Shown: positions 27,607-36,485 of the stretch, piece by piece
Numbering within the stretch: the first letter of the stretch is position 1
Layout: each line of letters starts with the position of its first letter
Origin: Armatimonadota bacterium
Lineage (GTDB): Bacteria > Armatimonadota > UBA10988
Length of the DNA: 64,000 nucleotides
NCBI GenBank assembly: GCA_016235455.1
Contig: JACRKZ010000102.1
Coordinates: forward strand, 7,744 to 71,743
Reading direction: 5' to 3'
Notes under the pieces: model-generated
Database searches by the model: none
The model's input: the letters and a program-made list of their open reading frames with translations, nothing else
Told to the model about the DNA's origin: nothing
Position numbers and translations under genes: made by a program

Positions 27607-28064
27607 GTGGTACTGCACCGACAGTGATCAGCCGCCGTGCGGGCCGCAAGCGCCTCACCAGCGCTCTCGGCCTGGGCTGCGTCGTTGCGGCGGTCTGCGG
27701 CCTGGCGGCGAGTCTCTATAACCGCGACCACGACATTGTGCGGCTCGCGCAGGCCATCCTGCCAGCCTTCCTGCCCGCGCTCTCGGCCTTGGTGCCACTG
27801 GTGCTGACCCCGCAGAAGGACGACGATGAGCCGCTACCTGATGGGGCCTTGTCGCTGGCCCTGGGTATCTGCGTCATCTACTCGACCGCCTGGTGTGTGC
27901 TGGCCGCGTGCTCCTACACGCTCGATGATCTCGGAGTCGGGCAGCGGCCCCACTTCGACAGCGCCGTGGCGCTGCTCTCAACCATCGGCCAGTCGGTGGT
28001 GGTCGGCATGGTGGTCACGAGTTTGGGCGGCGCGGCGAAGGCCGTCACTCCGCCGGGCAAGTAG
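27603..28064 (+). CDS. Small integral membrane protein (about 4 TM helices)
   Basis: The ATG overlaps the upstream stop (ATGA, 27603-27606). Hydrophobic segments: LGLGCVVAAVCGLAASLY, AILPAFLPALSALVPLVL, LSLALGICVIYSTAWCVLAACSY, ALLSTIGQSVVVGMVVTSLGG. Confidence 0.7.
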   Translation: MSGTAPTVISRRAGRKRLTSALGLGCVVAAVCGLAASLYNRDHDIVRLAQAILPAFLPALSALVPLVLTPQKDDDEPLPDGALSLALGICVIYSTAWCVLAACSYTLDDLGVGQRPHFDSAVALLSTIGQSVVVGMVVTSLGGAAKAVTPPGK

Positions 28065-28098
28065 GATCGGCACGGCATGCCTCGCAGGCGCCCGACCT

Positions 28099-28107
28099 TG
28101 GTATACT
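28099..28107 (+). promoter_or_regulatory. Candidate extended -10 element (TGgTATACT) upstream of the NPCBM/GH gene
   Basis: TG at 28099-28100 and TATACT at 28102-28107, 27 nt before ATG 28134. No good -35. Embedded in the small inverted repeat CCTTGG...CCAAGG. Confidence 0.3.
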
Positions 28108-28133
28108 GACGCCCAAGGCTCAGGGACTTGCTG

Positions 28134-30755
28134 ATGACCGCCATCACCTTCCTCCAAACCGCCCTGCTCGGCCTGGCCCTGACGCAGCCCGGCGCAGCGA
28201 CAGAAACCCGCCTCTCCGAGCTCGACCTGTCGGGCCTGACCCAGGGCTACGGCTCGCCGCAGGTGGACGTCTCGGCCATGGGCCATGCGCCGGCCAAGTG
28301 GACGCTGCGGCTCGATGGCAAGGCGACCGAGTTCAGAGCGGCGGTCGGCGTGCAGGAGTACGCCGACAACGTCGGCGTCGGCAGCGTCGAGTTTGTCGTG
28401 CTCGGCGACGGACGCGAGCTGTTCCGCTCGGGAGTCATGCGCGGCGGGCAGCCGGCCAAGGACGTCAAGGTCGACCTGACCGGCCTCAAGGAGCTGGTGC
28501 TGCAGGTCACCGACGGCGGCGACGGCAACAGCTCGGACCATGCCGACTGGCTGGAGCCGGTCATCGTCCACAACGGCGCGCCGCTGCCCCTGCCGCCGAC
28601 CGACCCGGTGGTGCCCGACCCGCCCGGCGCGCCGCCCAGCCAGGCCGCCAAGGTCGAGTTCGACGCCGGCCGTGGCACGCTGCGGCTGACCTACAACGGG
28701 GGCGTCCTGCTGGATGCGAAGGTCACCGGCCGGGCCAGACTGGAGCAGCAGGTCAGCGAGGCCAAGGGCGCGGTCACTCAGGTGCTGACACTGACCGGCA
28801 CCGGGCTGAAGCTGGCCGGCAGCGTGCAGGCGGGCGAGCAGTCGCTGGCCGCGGAGACGCGCGGCGAGGCGCAGAAGCGCTTCCCGCTGGTGCGCACCAG
28901 CCATGGCGCCAGCCGGAACCTGCGCAACAACGCCGTCTACGACCGCGCGGGCGACTGGTGCCTGCTGGGCCCGGCCGATGGCTCAACCCGCATCACGCCC
29001 ACCGCGAACCATGCCTACCGGCTGGCGTGCACGGGCGACACCATCCGCCTGACTTTCCAGCCGCGGCTGTATAGCCGGCACCGCAACCTGCCCTACTACC
29101 GGCCCTGGACCTACCGCGTGCGGCAGGATAGCATCACCGGTTGGTGCTCGTGGTGGGCTTACATGCGCGGCTTCCGGCAGACCGACCTGGACGGGCTGCT
29201 GGCGGTCTGGAAGGACAAGCGTCTGGCCGACTACGGCTACCGCTTCATCCAGATCGACGACTGCTTCCAGGGCGGCGAGGATGGCGGCCGGCCCGGCACG
29301 CCCAAGACCAACGGCTACCCCGGTGGTCGGCCCGAGACCTGGCTGAAATGGCGGACGGACGCGTTCCCCGGCGGCCTGACCGGCTATGCCGAGGCCTGCC
29401 GGCAGGCCGGCTTCGAGCCGGGCGTGTGGATCGGCAGCGGCATGGGCGACTTGGGGACCGTCGAGGCTCATCCCGACTGGTTCGTCCACGGGCCGGATGG
29501 CAAGCCATTTGCCGGCGACTGGGTGGGCTTCGCCGTGGACAGCACCATCCCCGCGGCGGCCGACGCCCTGGTGCGACCCATCTACCGCGGGATCCGGCAG
29601 GCCGGCTACTCGTATGTCAAGATCGACACGCTGCGCCATCGGCTGTACGACAACCTGCACCACAACCCCGGCTATTGCGCCGAACGCGGCAAGTCGGCCG
29701 CTGAGATCTTCCGCTCTTACGTGCAGGCCGCGCGCGAGGAACTGGGGCCGGACACGTTCCTGCTGGCCTGCTGGGGCGTGTTGCCCGAGGTCATCGGCCT
29801 GGCCGACGCCTGCCGCATCGGCGGCGACGGCTACGGCCCCGTGACCATGCAGTCGTACAACTCGTTCAACGGCATCGTCTGGCGCAACGACCCCGATCAC
29901 TGCGACGTCTACCCGCGCTTCAAGCCGGCCGAGAGCGGCAACGTGACGCACACCAACGTGGTGACCGCGACCAACAGCGAGACCCTCCTGCGGCCGGCGC
30001 TGGCCTCCATCGCCGGGTGCATGCTGATGCTCAGCGACAAGCCCGAGGTGTATCGCGACGACGCCAACCTGATCGGTGCGCGGCGGGCCTCACCGGTGCT
30101 GTTCTCGGTGCCCGGTCAGCTCTATGACTTCGAGCCGGCCAAGTCCGACAACCTGCGGCGCGGCGCCCGGCTGTCGATCACCTCCGGCGGCCCGCCGGCG
30201 CCGGTCGACGCCGACCAGTTCGGCCCGGTCTGCCCCTGGTGGCTCAACGAAATCGACCGGCCGTTTGAGCATTGGAGCGTGCTGCACCACCTCAACTGGA
30301 CCGACCGCCCCATGACGGCGACCACCGTCGCGCTGGCCGACCTGGGCCTCGACGCCGACCGCGACTACCTGGTCTACGAGTTCTGGTCGCAGCGCTTCGT
30401 GGGCAGCGTGCGCGGCAGCCTGGCCGTGCCGGAGCTGGCCGCTCAAGGCCTGGCCAGCTACGCGCTGCGCGAACGGCTCGACCGGCCGCAGTTGCTCAGC
30501 ACGAGTCGCCACCTGACCCAGGGCGGCGTCGACCTGCTGGCGGTGAACTGGCGCGGCAAGACCCTCTCTGGTAGCAGCAAGGTCGTGGCTGGTGACCGCT
30601 ACGAACTGGTGCTCCACGCGCCGGCCGGCTTCACGCTCGCCGCGGCAACGATCGCCGACAAGGCCGCCGAGGCCAAGACCGACGGCGAGGTGCTGCGCGT
30701 GGCCTTCACACCGACCGCCACCGGCACGGTAGCGTGGTCCGTGAGCTTCCACTGA
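28134..30755 (+). CDS. Secreted NPCBM-domain + clan GH-D alpha-galactosidase-like glycoside hydrolase
   Basis: ATG 28134 (the track starts at TTG 28128). Signal MTAITFLQTALLGLALTQPGAA. NPCBM-like module: LSELDLSGLTQGYGSPQVD...VEFVVLGDG...SDHADWLEP. Catalytic region YRFIQIDDCFQGG (compare GH27/36 IDDGWQ). Confidence 0.7.
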   Translation: MTAITFLQTALLGLALTQPGAATETRLSELDLSGLTQGYGSPQVDVSAMGHAPAKWTLRLDGKATEFRAAVGVQEYADNVGVGSVEFVVLGDGRELFRSGVMRGGQPAKDVKVDLTGLKELVLQVTDGGDGNSSDHADWLEPVIVHNGAPLPLPPTDPVVPDPPGAPPSQAAKVEFDAGRGTLRLTYNGGVLLDAKVTGRARLEQQVSEAKGAVTQVLTLTGTGLKLAGSVQAGEQSLAAETRGEAQKRFPLVRTSHGASRNLRNNAVYDRAGDWCLLGPADGSTRITPTANHAYRLACTGDTIRLTFQPRLYSRHRNLPYYRPWTYRVRQDSITGWCSWWAYMRGFRQTDLDGLLAVWKDKRLADYGYRFIQIDDCFQGGEDGGRPGTPKTNGYPGGRPETWLKWRTDAFPGGLTGYAEACRQAGFEPGVWIGSGMGDLGTVEAHPDWFVHGPDGKPFAGDWVGFAVDSTIPAAADALVRPIYRGIRQAGYSYVKIDTLRHRLYDNLHHNPGYCAERGKSAAEIFRSYVQAAREELGPDTFLLACWGVLPEVIGLADACRIGGDGYGPVTMQSYNSFNGIVWRNDPDHCDVYPRFKPAESGNVTHTNVVTATNSETLLRPALASIAGCMLMLSDKPEVYRDDANLIGARRASPVLFSVPGQLYDFEPAKSDNLRRGARLSITSGGPPAPVDADQFGPVCPWWLNEIDRPFEHWSVLHHLNWTDRPMTATTVALADLGLDADRDYLVYEFWSQRFVGSVRGSLAVPELAAQGLASYALRERLDRPQLLSTSRHLTQGGVDLLAVNWRGKTLSGSSKVVAGDRYELVLHAPAGFTLAAATIADKAAEAKTDGEVLRVAFTPTATGTVAWSVSFH

Positions 30756-30772
30756 TGCCAAGCGCTCATTCG

Positions 30773-30841
30773 ATCCACAGATGACACAGATGCCACAGAT
30801 CACGGACCCGACAATCTGTGTAATCTGTGTAATCTGTGGAT
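30773..30841. repeat. CACAGAT-heptamer hairpin repeat, copy A (69 bp)
   Basis: ATCCACAGATGACACAGATGCCACAGATCAC-loop-CAATCTGTGTAATCTGTGTAATCTGTGGAT. Each arm holds 3 heptamers at about 9-bp spacing. Starts 18 nt after the stop at 30755. Confidence 0.9.
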
Positions 30842-30874
30842 GATCATCCACCCAACAGTCTGGAGAGAAACCGC

Positions 30875-31567
30875 ATGCCCCAGCTCAGCCGTTCAGTCAT
30901 CAATGCCGCCATCGAGCAGGCCAAGGCGACGTTTGCCCAGTTTGGCATCGCCTTGCCGCCGTTCGCCTTCTGGACGCCCGAAGACTGGGCCACCAAGGGC
31001 CCGGAGTGCGATGAGATCCGGCACTGCATGTTGGGCTGGGATGTGACCGACTTCGGCAGCCAGCGGTTCGAGCAGATCGGCCGCACGCTGTTCACACTGC
31101 GCAATGGCACGACGCGGCACCTGGGCTATGCCAAGACGTATGCCGAGAAGCTGCTGTTCGACCCCGAGATCCAGCGTGCGCCGGCGCACTTCCACCGCTC
31201 TAAGATGGAGGACATCTGCTGCCGCGCGGGCGGCAACATGCTGGTGCAGCTCACTGCCGCCACACCCGACGGCCAACCGAGCGACCAGCCGCTGACGATC
31301 AAGGTCGACGGCGTGGCGCTGAGCGTGCGGCCGGGCGGCATTGTGCGGCTGCGGCCGGGCATGAGCGTGAACATCCCGCCGCGTACCATCCATCAGTTCT
31401 GGGGCGAGGAGGGCACCGGCCTGACCGTCAGCTCCGAGGTGTCGAGCGTCTGCGACGACTGGAATGACAACGCCTTCCTGGAGCCGGCCGAGCGCTTCCC
31501 CAGCCTGATCGAGGATGCGCCGCGCGTGCACTACCTGTGCCACGAGTATCCGGCGGCGAGTGCGTGA
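30875..31567 (+). CDS. D-lyxose/D-mannose ketol-isomerase (cupin)
   Basis: Track ORF trimmed to ATG 30875 (GGAGAGAAA upstream). MPQLSRSVINAAIEQAKATFAQFGIALPPFAFWTPEDW, MLGWDVTDFGS, YAEKLL, PAHFHRSKMEDI: a typical D-lyxose isomerase pattern. Confidence 0.8.
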   Translation: MPQLSRSVINAAIEQAKATFAQFGIALPPFAFWTPEDWATKGPECDEIRHCMLGWDVTDFGSQRFEQIGRTLFTLRNGTTRHLGYAKTYAEKLLFDPEIQRAPAHFHRSKMEDICCRAGGNMLVQLTAATPDGQPSDQPLTIKVDGVALSVRPGGIVRLRPGMSVNIPPRTIHQFWGEEGTGLTVSSEVSSVCDDWNDNAFLEPAERFPSLIEDAPRVHYLCHEYPAASA

Positions 31568-31585
31568 CGCTCCGGCCGGGCTATG

Positions 31586-31654
31586 ATCCACAGATTATGA
31601 AGATTACACAGATTGGCAGGTCCGCAATCTGTGTGATCTGCGTAATCTGTGGAT
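31586..31654. repeat. CACAGAT-heptamer hairpin repeat, copy B (69 bp)
   Basis: ATCCACAGATTATGAAGATTACACAGATTG-loop-CAATCTGTGTGATCTGCGTAATCTGTGGAT. Sits between convergent genes, and its last base is the first base of the stop codon at 31654-31656. Confidence 0.9.
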
Positions 31655-32025
31655 TATGACTTCGGCTTCTTGTCGGCCAGTTCGGCCAGCCGTAGCGTGA
31701 TGACCTTCTCCACGAGTTCCTCGGGCAAGGGCTCGTCGGGCGGGAAGCGGATGGTGCCCTCGCTGGTCGAGTAGCCGGCCAGGTCGTCGGCCAGCGACTT
31801 GATCACCGCGCGGCTCATGGGATAGAGCGCGCAGTGGTGCTTGGCGGCGCCGAAGCAGACCAGCAGCCGGCCCTGCCAGCGGAAGGCGGGCAGTTGATAG
31901 CTGATGCCCTCGGTCACCTCGGGCACCAGCTCACTCACCGTCGCTCGCAGGTGTTGCAGCGTGCGGCGTTTGTCGCTGGGCAGCGTGTCCAGATAGCCGT
32001 CGATGGGGCTGGGTGCGTCGATCAT
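31654..32025 (-). CDS. DUF1801 (YdhG-like) domain protein
   Basis: 123 aa. IDGYLDTLPSDKRRTLQHLRATV...ISYQLPAFRWQGRLLVCFGAAKHHCALYP is a typical DUF1801 pattern. Confidence 0.7.
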   Translation of the reverse strand: MIDAPSPIDGYLDTLPSDKRRTLQHLRATVSELVPEVTEGISYQLPAFRWQGRLLVCFGAAKHHCALYPMSRAVIKSLADDLAGYSTSEGTIRFPPDEPLPEELVEKVITLRLAELADKKPKS

Positions 32026-32051
32026 CGGGGTGCCTCACCGATATGGTGGGT

Positions 32052-33251
32052 TCACTCCGGGCCGGCGTCAGCCTCGGTGTCGGGTCGCGGTATGGCGGCG
32101 CCTGGCACACCTGCCGCCAGCAGCGCCTGCTCGATGTGGTCGGCGGCCAGTTGGTAGTCCTCGCCGACGGCCAGGATGGAGCGGGCCACTGCCTCGCGCA
32201 CCTCGGTCTGGGCCAGACGGGCGATGTCTTTCTCCTCACCGGGCGCCACGCCGTGTAGCACGGCGCTGTGTTGCAGCGCGGCGACCGCGGCGCGCAGTTG
32301 TTTGGCCATAACCGGCTCGGCCAGCGCGGCGTCGGCCAGGAAGGCCGTGACTCCGCCGCGCTCGACCTGCATGGTCATGCCGTCCCAGTGGCTGTGGAGC
32401 CGTTCCAGCAGCACCTTGGGGTCGTCGGGGAAGAAGTCGTTGGCGCGCATGTCCGCCGCCCAGGCCTCGAACGCGGCCGGGCCGGCGGCATGCCTGCCCA
32501 CGCGCCGCTCGCGCAGTACCTGGACCAACCAGAGCAGCGTATCGCGCCGCAGCTCCGCGGCGGCCGGCGGCGCGGTCTGCTCGCCCAGCAGTAGCAGGGC
32601 GTGGGTGGAGGGGTACCAGTTGCGCAGCCGGAAGTGCCCCGACGGCTCGGTCTCGGCCTTCTCCTCGTCCTGGAAGGTGTTCCAGCCGAGCAGCACCGCG
32701 CCGCCCTCGTCGTAGCCACAGATGACGCAGGCCTCCGGCGGGCCGATGACGCCGAAGGCGATGACCGGGCGGCCCCGGTCGATGCTGTCCACGATGCGGC
32801 GGCGGAAGCCCGACTCATCGGTCGACTCGCCACCAAGCCGGCGCGTGTCGGCCACCAGGATGTCTTCGGGCCAGGCGCCCGGCGCGGCCTTGGCCACCGC
32901 CTGCATGGTCCATCCAGCCGAACGGAACGCCCGGCGCATGGGCTCTAGCGTCTGGCGGGCCATGTGCAGAATGTCGCTGTTGCCGCCGTCCCAGGCTCGT
33001 GCCGACCAGGCCAGCCGTACGCCCGCACCCGACATGGCCATCAGCCGGTCGTACTGCTCGCGCTGACCGACGAACTGCAGGCACGCGTCGAGCGCGTTGC
33101 AGAACGCGGCAAACCGCCAGCGGTCGGTGTGCCACGACACGCGCCGCACGCCCTCCAGCAGCCGCCGCCCAGGCGGCGCGGTGGGTTGGGCCGAGGCTCC
33201 CGCGCCCAGCAGCACGACAAGCGTGACCGCCACCGTGTGCCTTGCCACCAT
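32052..33251 (-). CDS. Secreted hypothetical protein (possible BtrH-N/papain-like fold, tentative)
   Basis: Signal MVARHTVAVTLVVLLGAGASAQ. 399 aa with coding-like composition. GPPEACVICGYDEGG is suggestive only. Confidence 0.6.
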   Translation of the reverse strand: MVARHTVAVTLVVLLGAGASAQPTAPPGRRLLEGVRRVSWHTDRWRFAAFCNALDACLQFVGQREQYDRLMAMSGAGVRLAWSARAWDGGNSDILHMARQTLEPMRRAFRSAGWTMQAVAKAAPGAWPEDILVADTRRLGGESTDESGFRRRIVDSIDRGRPVIAFGVIGPPEACVICGYDEGGAVLLGWNTFQDEEKAETEPSGHFRLRNWYPSTHALLLLGEQTAPPAAAELRRDTLLWLVQVLRERRVGRHAAGPAAFEAWAADMRANDFFPDDPKVLLERLHSHWDGMTMQVERGGVTAFLADAALAEPVMAKQLRAAVAALQHSAVLHGVAPGEEKDIARLAQTEVREAVARSILAVGEDYQLAADHIEQALLAAGVPGAAIPRPDTEADAGPE

Positions 33252-33278
33252 GATGTTCCCCTGCCCAGCGGTCGCGGC

Positions 33279-36200
33279 TCAGTGGCCAGCCGCCTTCCGC
33301 CAGTCCGGAATGCTCACCGGCTTGGTCACCACCGGCCAGCTGGCGCGGAAGTCGTCGTCATAGAGCCCGATCTCGTCGATGGGAATGGGCTTGAAGCCGA
33401 CCTTGGCCAGCAGCTCGCTCTTGGCCTTGAGGTCGTAGTCGCCGGCCTCAGGGTTCACGAACCCTGGATTCGCCTCGGGCCATTCGCCGTTCTCGATGAG
33501 ATCGTAGCCGGCGCGGTTGCCGCGGACCATGTCGCCGCTGCGGTAGAAGACATTGCGCCACAGGTAGTTGATGCCTGGCGGCTTGAGCATGGTCTTCATC
33601 TCTGGGTAGCGCTCCTGGTAGAGCGGGTTGTTGATGTAGGCGGCCGGCGGCGTGGCCTGCGCCATCTGCACCCAGCAGGAGTTGCCGGCGTGCCAGCCGC
33701 CACTGACGCCCTGCTTGCAGTCGACAAACAGGTTGTTGTCCATGATGTTGTCACGGCCGCTGTTGATCTGCACGGCGCCGAAGTTGCCGTTGGCGCTGCG
33801 GATGAACACGTTGCCGTAGACCACCATGCCGCTGATGGCGTCGTCGAAGCGGATCGCCGCCTGGCCGTGCACCGCCGCGCCGGGCTTGTCCTTGCCGCAG
33901 TTCTCAAAACGGTTGTACCGGAAGATCACCCCGCGGTAGGTCGGGTTGCCGAACAGCTCCATCGCGCCCTGGTCGTCGCTCTCGCGTACCGCCGAGTGGA
34001 CGTCGTTGTACTCGATTAGGTGGTCGTTGCCCTCGATGCGCATGACGCTGCTCGGGCAGTCGTACATGAGGTTGTGCGCCACGCGGTTGCCCACGCCCTC
34101 AAGCTGGATGGCCGGCGTGTAGGTACGGTCGATGCGGCCGAAGTTGTGTATCTGGCAGTTCTCGACGAAATGCTGGCCCGGCGTCAGCGTCGCGCGGTCG
34201 CCGCCGATGACTTCCGTGGCGCGGCGGCCGATGGTGTGGATGTCACACCCATAGATGCCGTCGGCCGTGCCGCCGTTGATGGTGATGCCGTTGCCGGCCA
34301 GTCGGCTGACGGTGCAGCCGGCCACCAGCGCGCGGTTGCAGTTGGTCAGCACGAGCCCGTTGGACCGGCCCAGGTCGAAGGTCAGGCCCTCGAACCGCAG
34401 GTCGTTGACGCTGTCGGCGGTGACCATCGGCGTGGCCAGCAGGCCCACCTCCACCGTGGCACCGGCCAGGTCGGTCGGCGGGTAGAGGTAGAGCACACCC
34501 GACTTGCGGTCCAGGTAGTACTCGCCCGGTTGGTCGATCTCTTCGAGCAGGTTGAAGGCGTAGTACTGGATGCCCTGCCCTGGGTCCATGCCCGGCCCGC
34601 CATACTGGTAGGCCTCGTTGCAGGTCATGGTCTTGGTCGCGGGATCGATCTTGGAGACCTTGATGGTCGCGTCGGCCCACAGGTAGCGGAAGTAGCCGAA
34701 CAGCCAGGCGTCGTCGGCCTGCGTCCAGCGCGCATGACGGTCGTCCAGGTACTCGAAGACCGACGGCTTCTTCTGTCCGCGGTCGCCGCGTTCGGTCAGC
34801 TTGCCGATGCCCACGAAACCCTCATTGGGCCAGCGTGCCGGCGTCAGCGCCCGGCCATTGACGAACACCTCCAGCGTCGGCGGCGAGTCGGGCTGGCCGA
34901 AGCCGCGGACGGCGAGTTGGCCATACTCGGTGATGCCTTGTTCCTTCAGATCGCAGCGCATGACCTTGCCGCGGCTGGCCTCGGGCAGGCGCGCGGTGAT
35001 GGCCGCGTCGGTCACGGGGCCGAAGCCGGTCAGGCGCTGGCCGCCATACAGCCGCGTCTTGCCGGGCTGCGAGGCGCGGTAGACCGTGGGGCCGCTGTCG
35101 GTGCCCGAATCCGGCGCGGTCAGCGCCAGCGGGCCGGTGACCCGGTATTCGCCCGGCAGCAGCGTCACGGTCACGGCGCCCTTGACGCCCCGAGCGCGCT
35201 GTGCCCGCACCAGGTCGCGCGCGCGGGTCAGGCTGGCCACGGGCTTGGCCACGCCGTTGGCGGCATCGTCGCCCGTGGGCGAGACGATGATCTCGGCCTC
35301 GAACTTGGTCACTGCGTCGGGCGTGTGGCGGGACGACAGCGGGTTGTGGCCCGGCAGGCCCTTGCCCTCGCGCTCGATCTCGCGCGCGCACGCCAGCGCC
35401 TCGTCGCGATGGACCTGCGGGTACTCGACGTTGTTCGCGATGTCGTTGTAGACGTTCTGAGCCTCTTTGGCCTTGCCCTGGGCCACCCAGGTCTGCGCCG
35501 AGCGCAGGTGGGCGTAGCTGCGCAGCGGCGCCGGCAGCTCCTTGGTGGCGATGAGCGCCACGCAAGCGCGGCGCACGGCGGTGTAGTCGCCGCGAGCCCA
35601 GTCATCGTGCGATTTGGCGAAGTCCTGCATGAGCGCCTCCCGCCGTTCGGCGGCGGCCGCCTCGGGCGAGATGATCACGCCGAAGGTCTTTTGCAGCCGG
35701 TCGAACTCGGCCTTGGCATCGGCCCGGGTCAGCGCTCGGCGGTAGACCTTAGCCTCGTCCATCAGGCCCATGTAGTTGTGCCAGCCGTTGCCCAGGGTCA
35801 GCTCGCCGCCCACCGAGAAGTCACCGCTCCAGCCCGCGGGCAGCGTCGAGCCGCCCTGGTTGAAGCCGTTGAGGAACACGTCGACGCGACCCTTGGCACG
35901 ATCCACGCTGAGCACCAGGTGCGCCCACTCGCCGACCTTGAGGCCCATGGCACCGCCGCCGCCGGTCGAGGCCACCTTGCCATCGGCGCCCTTGTAGCAG
36001 AAGTAGTAGTTGGGCGTGCCGTTGGCCATCAAGTCGAGCACGAGGTACGCATCGGGATACGTACCGCAGCCGAAGATGCGCCGCTGGTTCTGGGCGTCGG
36101 CGATGTCGAACCTGGTGGGCTTGAGCCACAAGCTCACGCTCCACGAGCCCTTGCCGAAGCGCTGGTTGTCAGGCAGCTTGACGCTGACCACGCTGGCGCC

Positions 36201-36410
36201 GGTGCCGTCGCACGACAGCGCCTGGCCCGAGGGCGACGCGACCAGCGTGCCACTCGTGGTGCCGTCGAGCTTGTTGGGCGAGCGGTCGGCGATGACCCGG
36301 CCCGCGGGCTCATCGAACGTGTAGTGCAGCAGCAGGCCATCCTGGGCCCAGAGCACCGCCTGGCTGACCATCAGCGCCAGACAACCCAACAGCATACGAC
36401 GTGCGGACAT
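33279..36410 (-). CDS. Secreted LamG domain + right-handed parallel beta-helix protein (polysaccharide lyase/hydrolase-like)
   Basis: Trimmed to ATG 36410 (GGGAG upstream), giving MSARRMLLGCLALMVSQAVLWAQ. LamG: LLLHYTFDEPAGRVIADRSPNKLDGT...GLMDEAKVYRRALTRAD. Beta-helix repeats: NCNRALVAGCTVSRLAGNGITINGG..., YGNVFIRSANGNFGAVQINSG. Confidence 0.8.
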   Translation of the reverse strand: MSARRMLLGCLALMVSQAVLWAQDGLLLHYTFDEPAGRVIADRSPNKLDGTTSGTLVASPSGQALSCDGTGASVVSVKLPDNQRFGKGSWSVSLWLKPTRFDIADAQNQRRIFGCGTYPDAYLVLDLMANGTPNYYFCYKGADGKVASTGGGGAMGLKVGEWAHLVLSVDRAKGRVDVFLNGFNQGGSTLPAGWSGDFSVGGELTLGNGWHNYMGLMDEAKVYRRALTRADAKAEFDRLQKTFGVIISPEAAAAERREALMQDFAKSHDDWARGDYTAVRRACVALIATKELPAPLRSYAHLRSAQTWVAQGKAKEAQNVYNDIANNVEYPQVHRDEALACAREIEREGKGLPGHNPLSSRHTPDAVTKFEAEIIVSPTGDDAANGVAKPVASLTRARDLVRAQRARGVKGAVTVTLLPGEYRVTGPLALTAPDSGTDSGPTVYRASQPGKTRLYGGQRLTGFGPVTDAAITARLPEASRGKVMRCDLKEQGITEYGQLAVRGFGQPDSPPTLEVFVNGRALTPARWPNEGFVGIGKLTERGDRGQKKPSVFEYLDDRHARWTQADDAWLFGYFRYLWADATIKVSKIDPATKTMTCNEAYQYGGPGMDPGQGIQYYAFNLLEEIDQPGEYYLDRKSGVLYLYPPTDLAGATVEVGLLATPMVTADSVNDLRFEGLTFDLGRSNGLVLTNCNRALVAGCTVSRLAGNGITINGGTADGIYGCDIHTIGRRATEVIGGDRATLTPGQHFVENCQIHNFGRIDRTYTPAIQLEGVGNRVAHNLMYDCPSSVMRIEGNDHLIEYNDVHSAVRESDDQGAMELFGNPTYRGVIFRYNRFENCGKDKPGAAVHGQAAIRFDDAISGMVVYGNVFIRSANGNFGAVQINSGRDNIMDNNLFVDCKQGVSGGWHAGNSCWVQMAQATPPAAYINNPLYQERYPEMKTMLKPPGINYLWRNVFYRSGDMVRGNRAGYDLIENGEWPEANPGFVNPEAGDYDLKAKSELLAKVGFKPIPIDEIGLYDDDFRASWPVVTKPVSIPDWRKAAGH

Positions 36411-36485
36411 GCGCGGCTCCCGTGATGGCGGGGACTTCGACACGGGGCGCGCGGTTCCTTCCGCCGGTGCGCAGGTGCTTCTGGG

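Noticed and set aside
30773-31654. The CACAGAT hairpins as integron attC sites or a mini-CRISPR
   Set aside because: They have no RYYYAAC/GTTRRRY core sites, no integrase nearby, and no unique spacers between the heptamers (only 2-3-nt linkers). I kept them as a generic hairpin repeat family.
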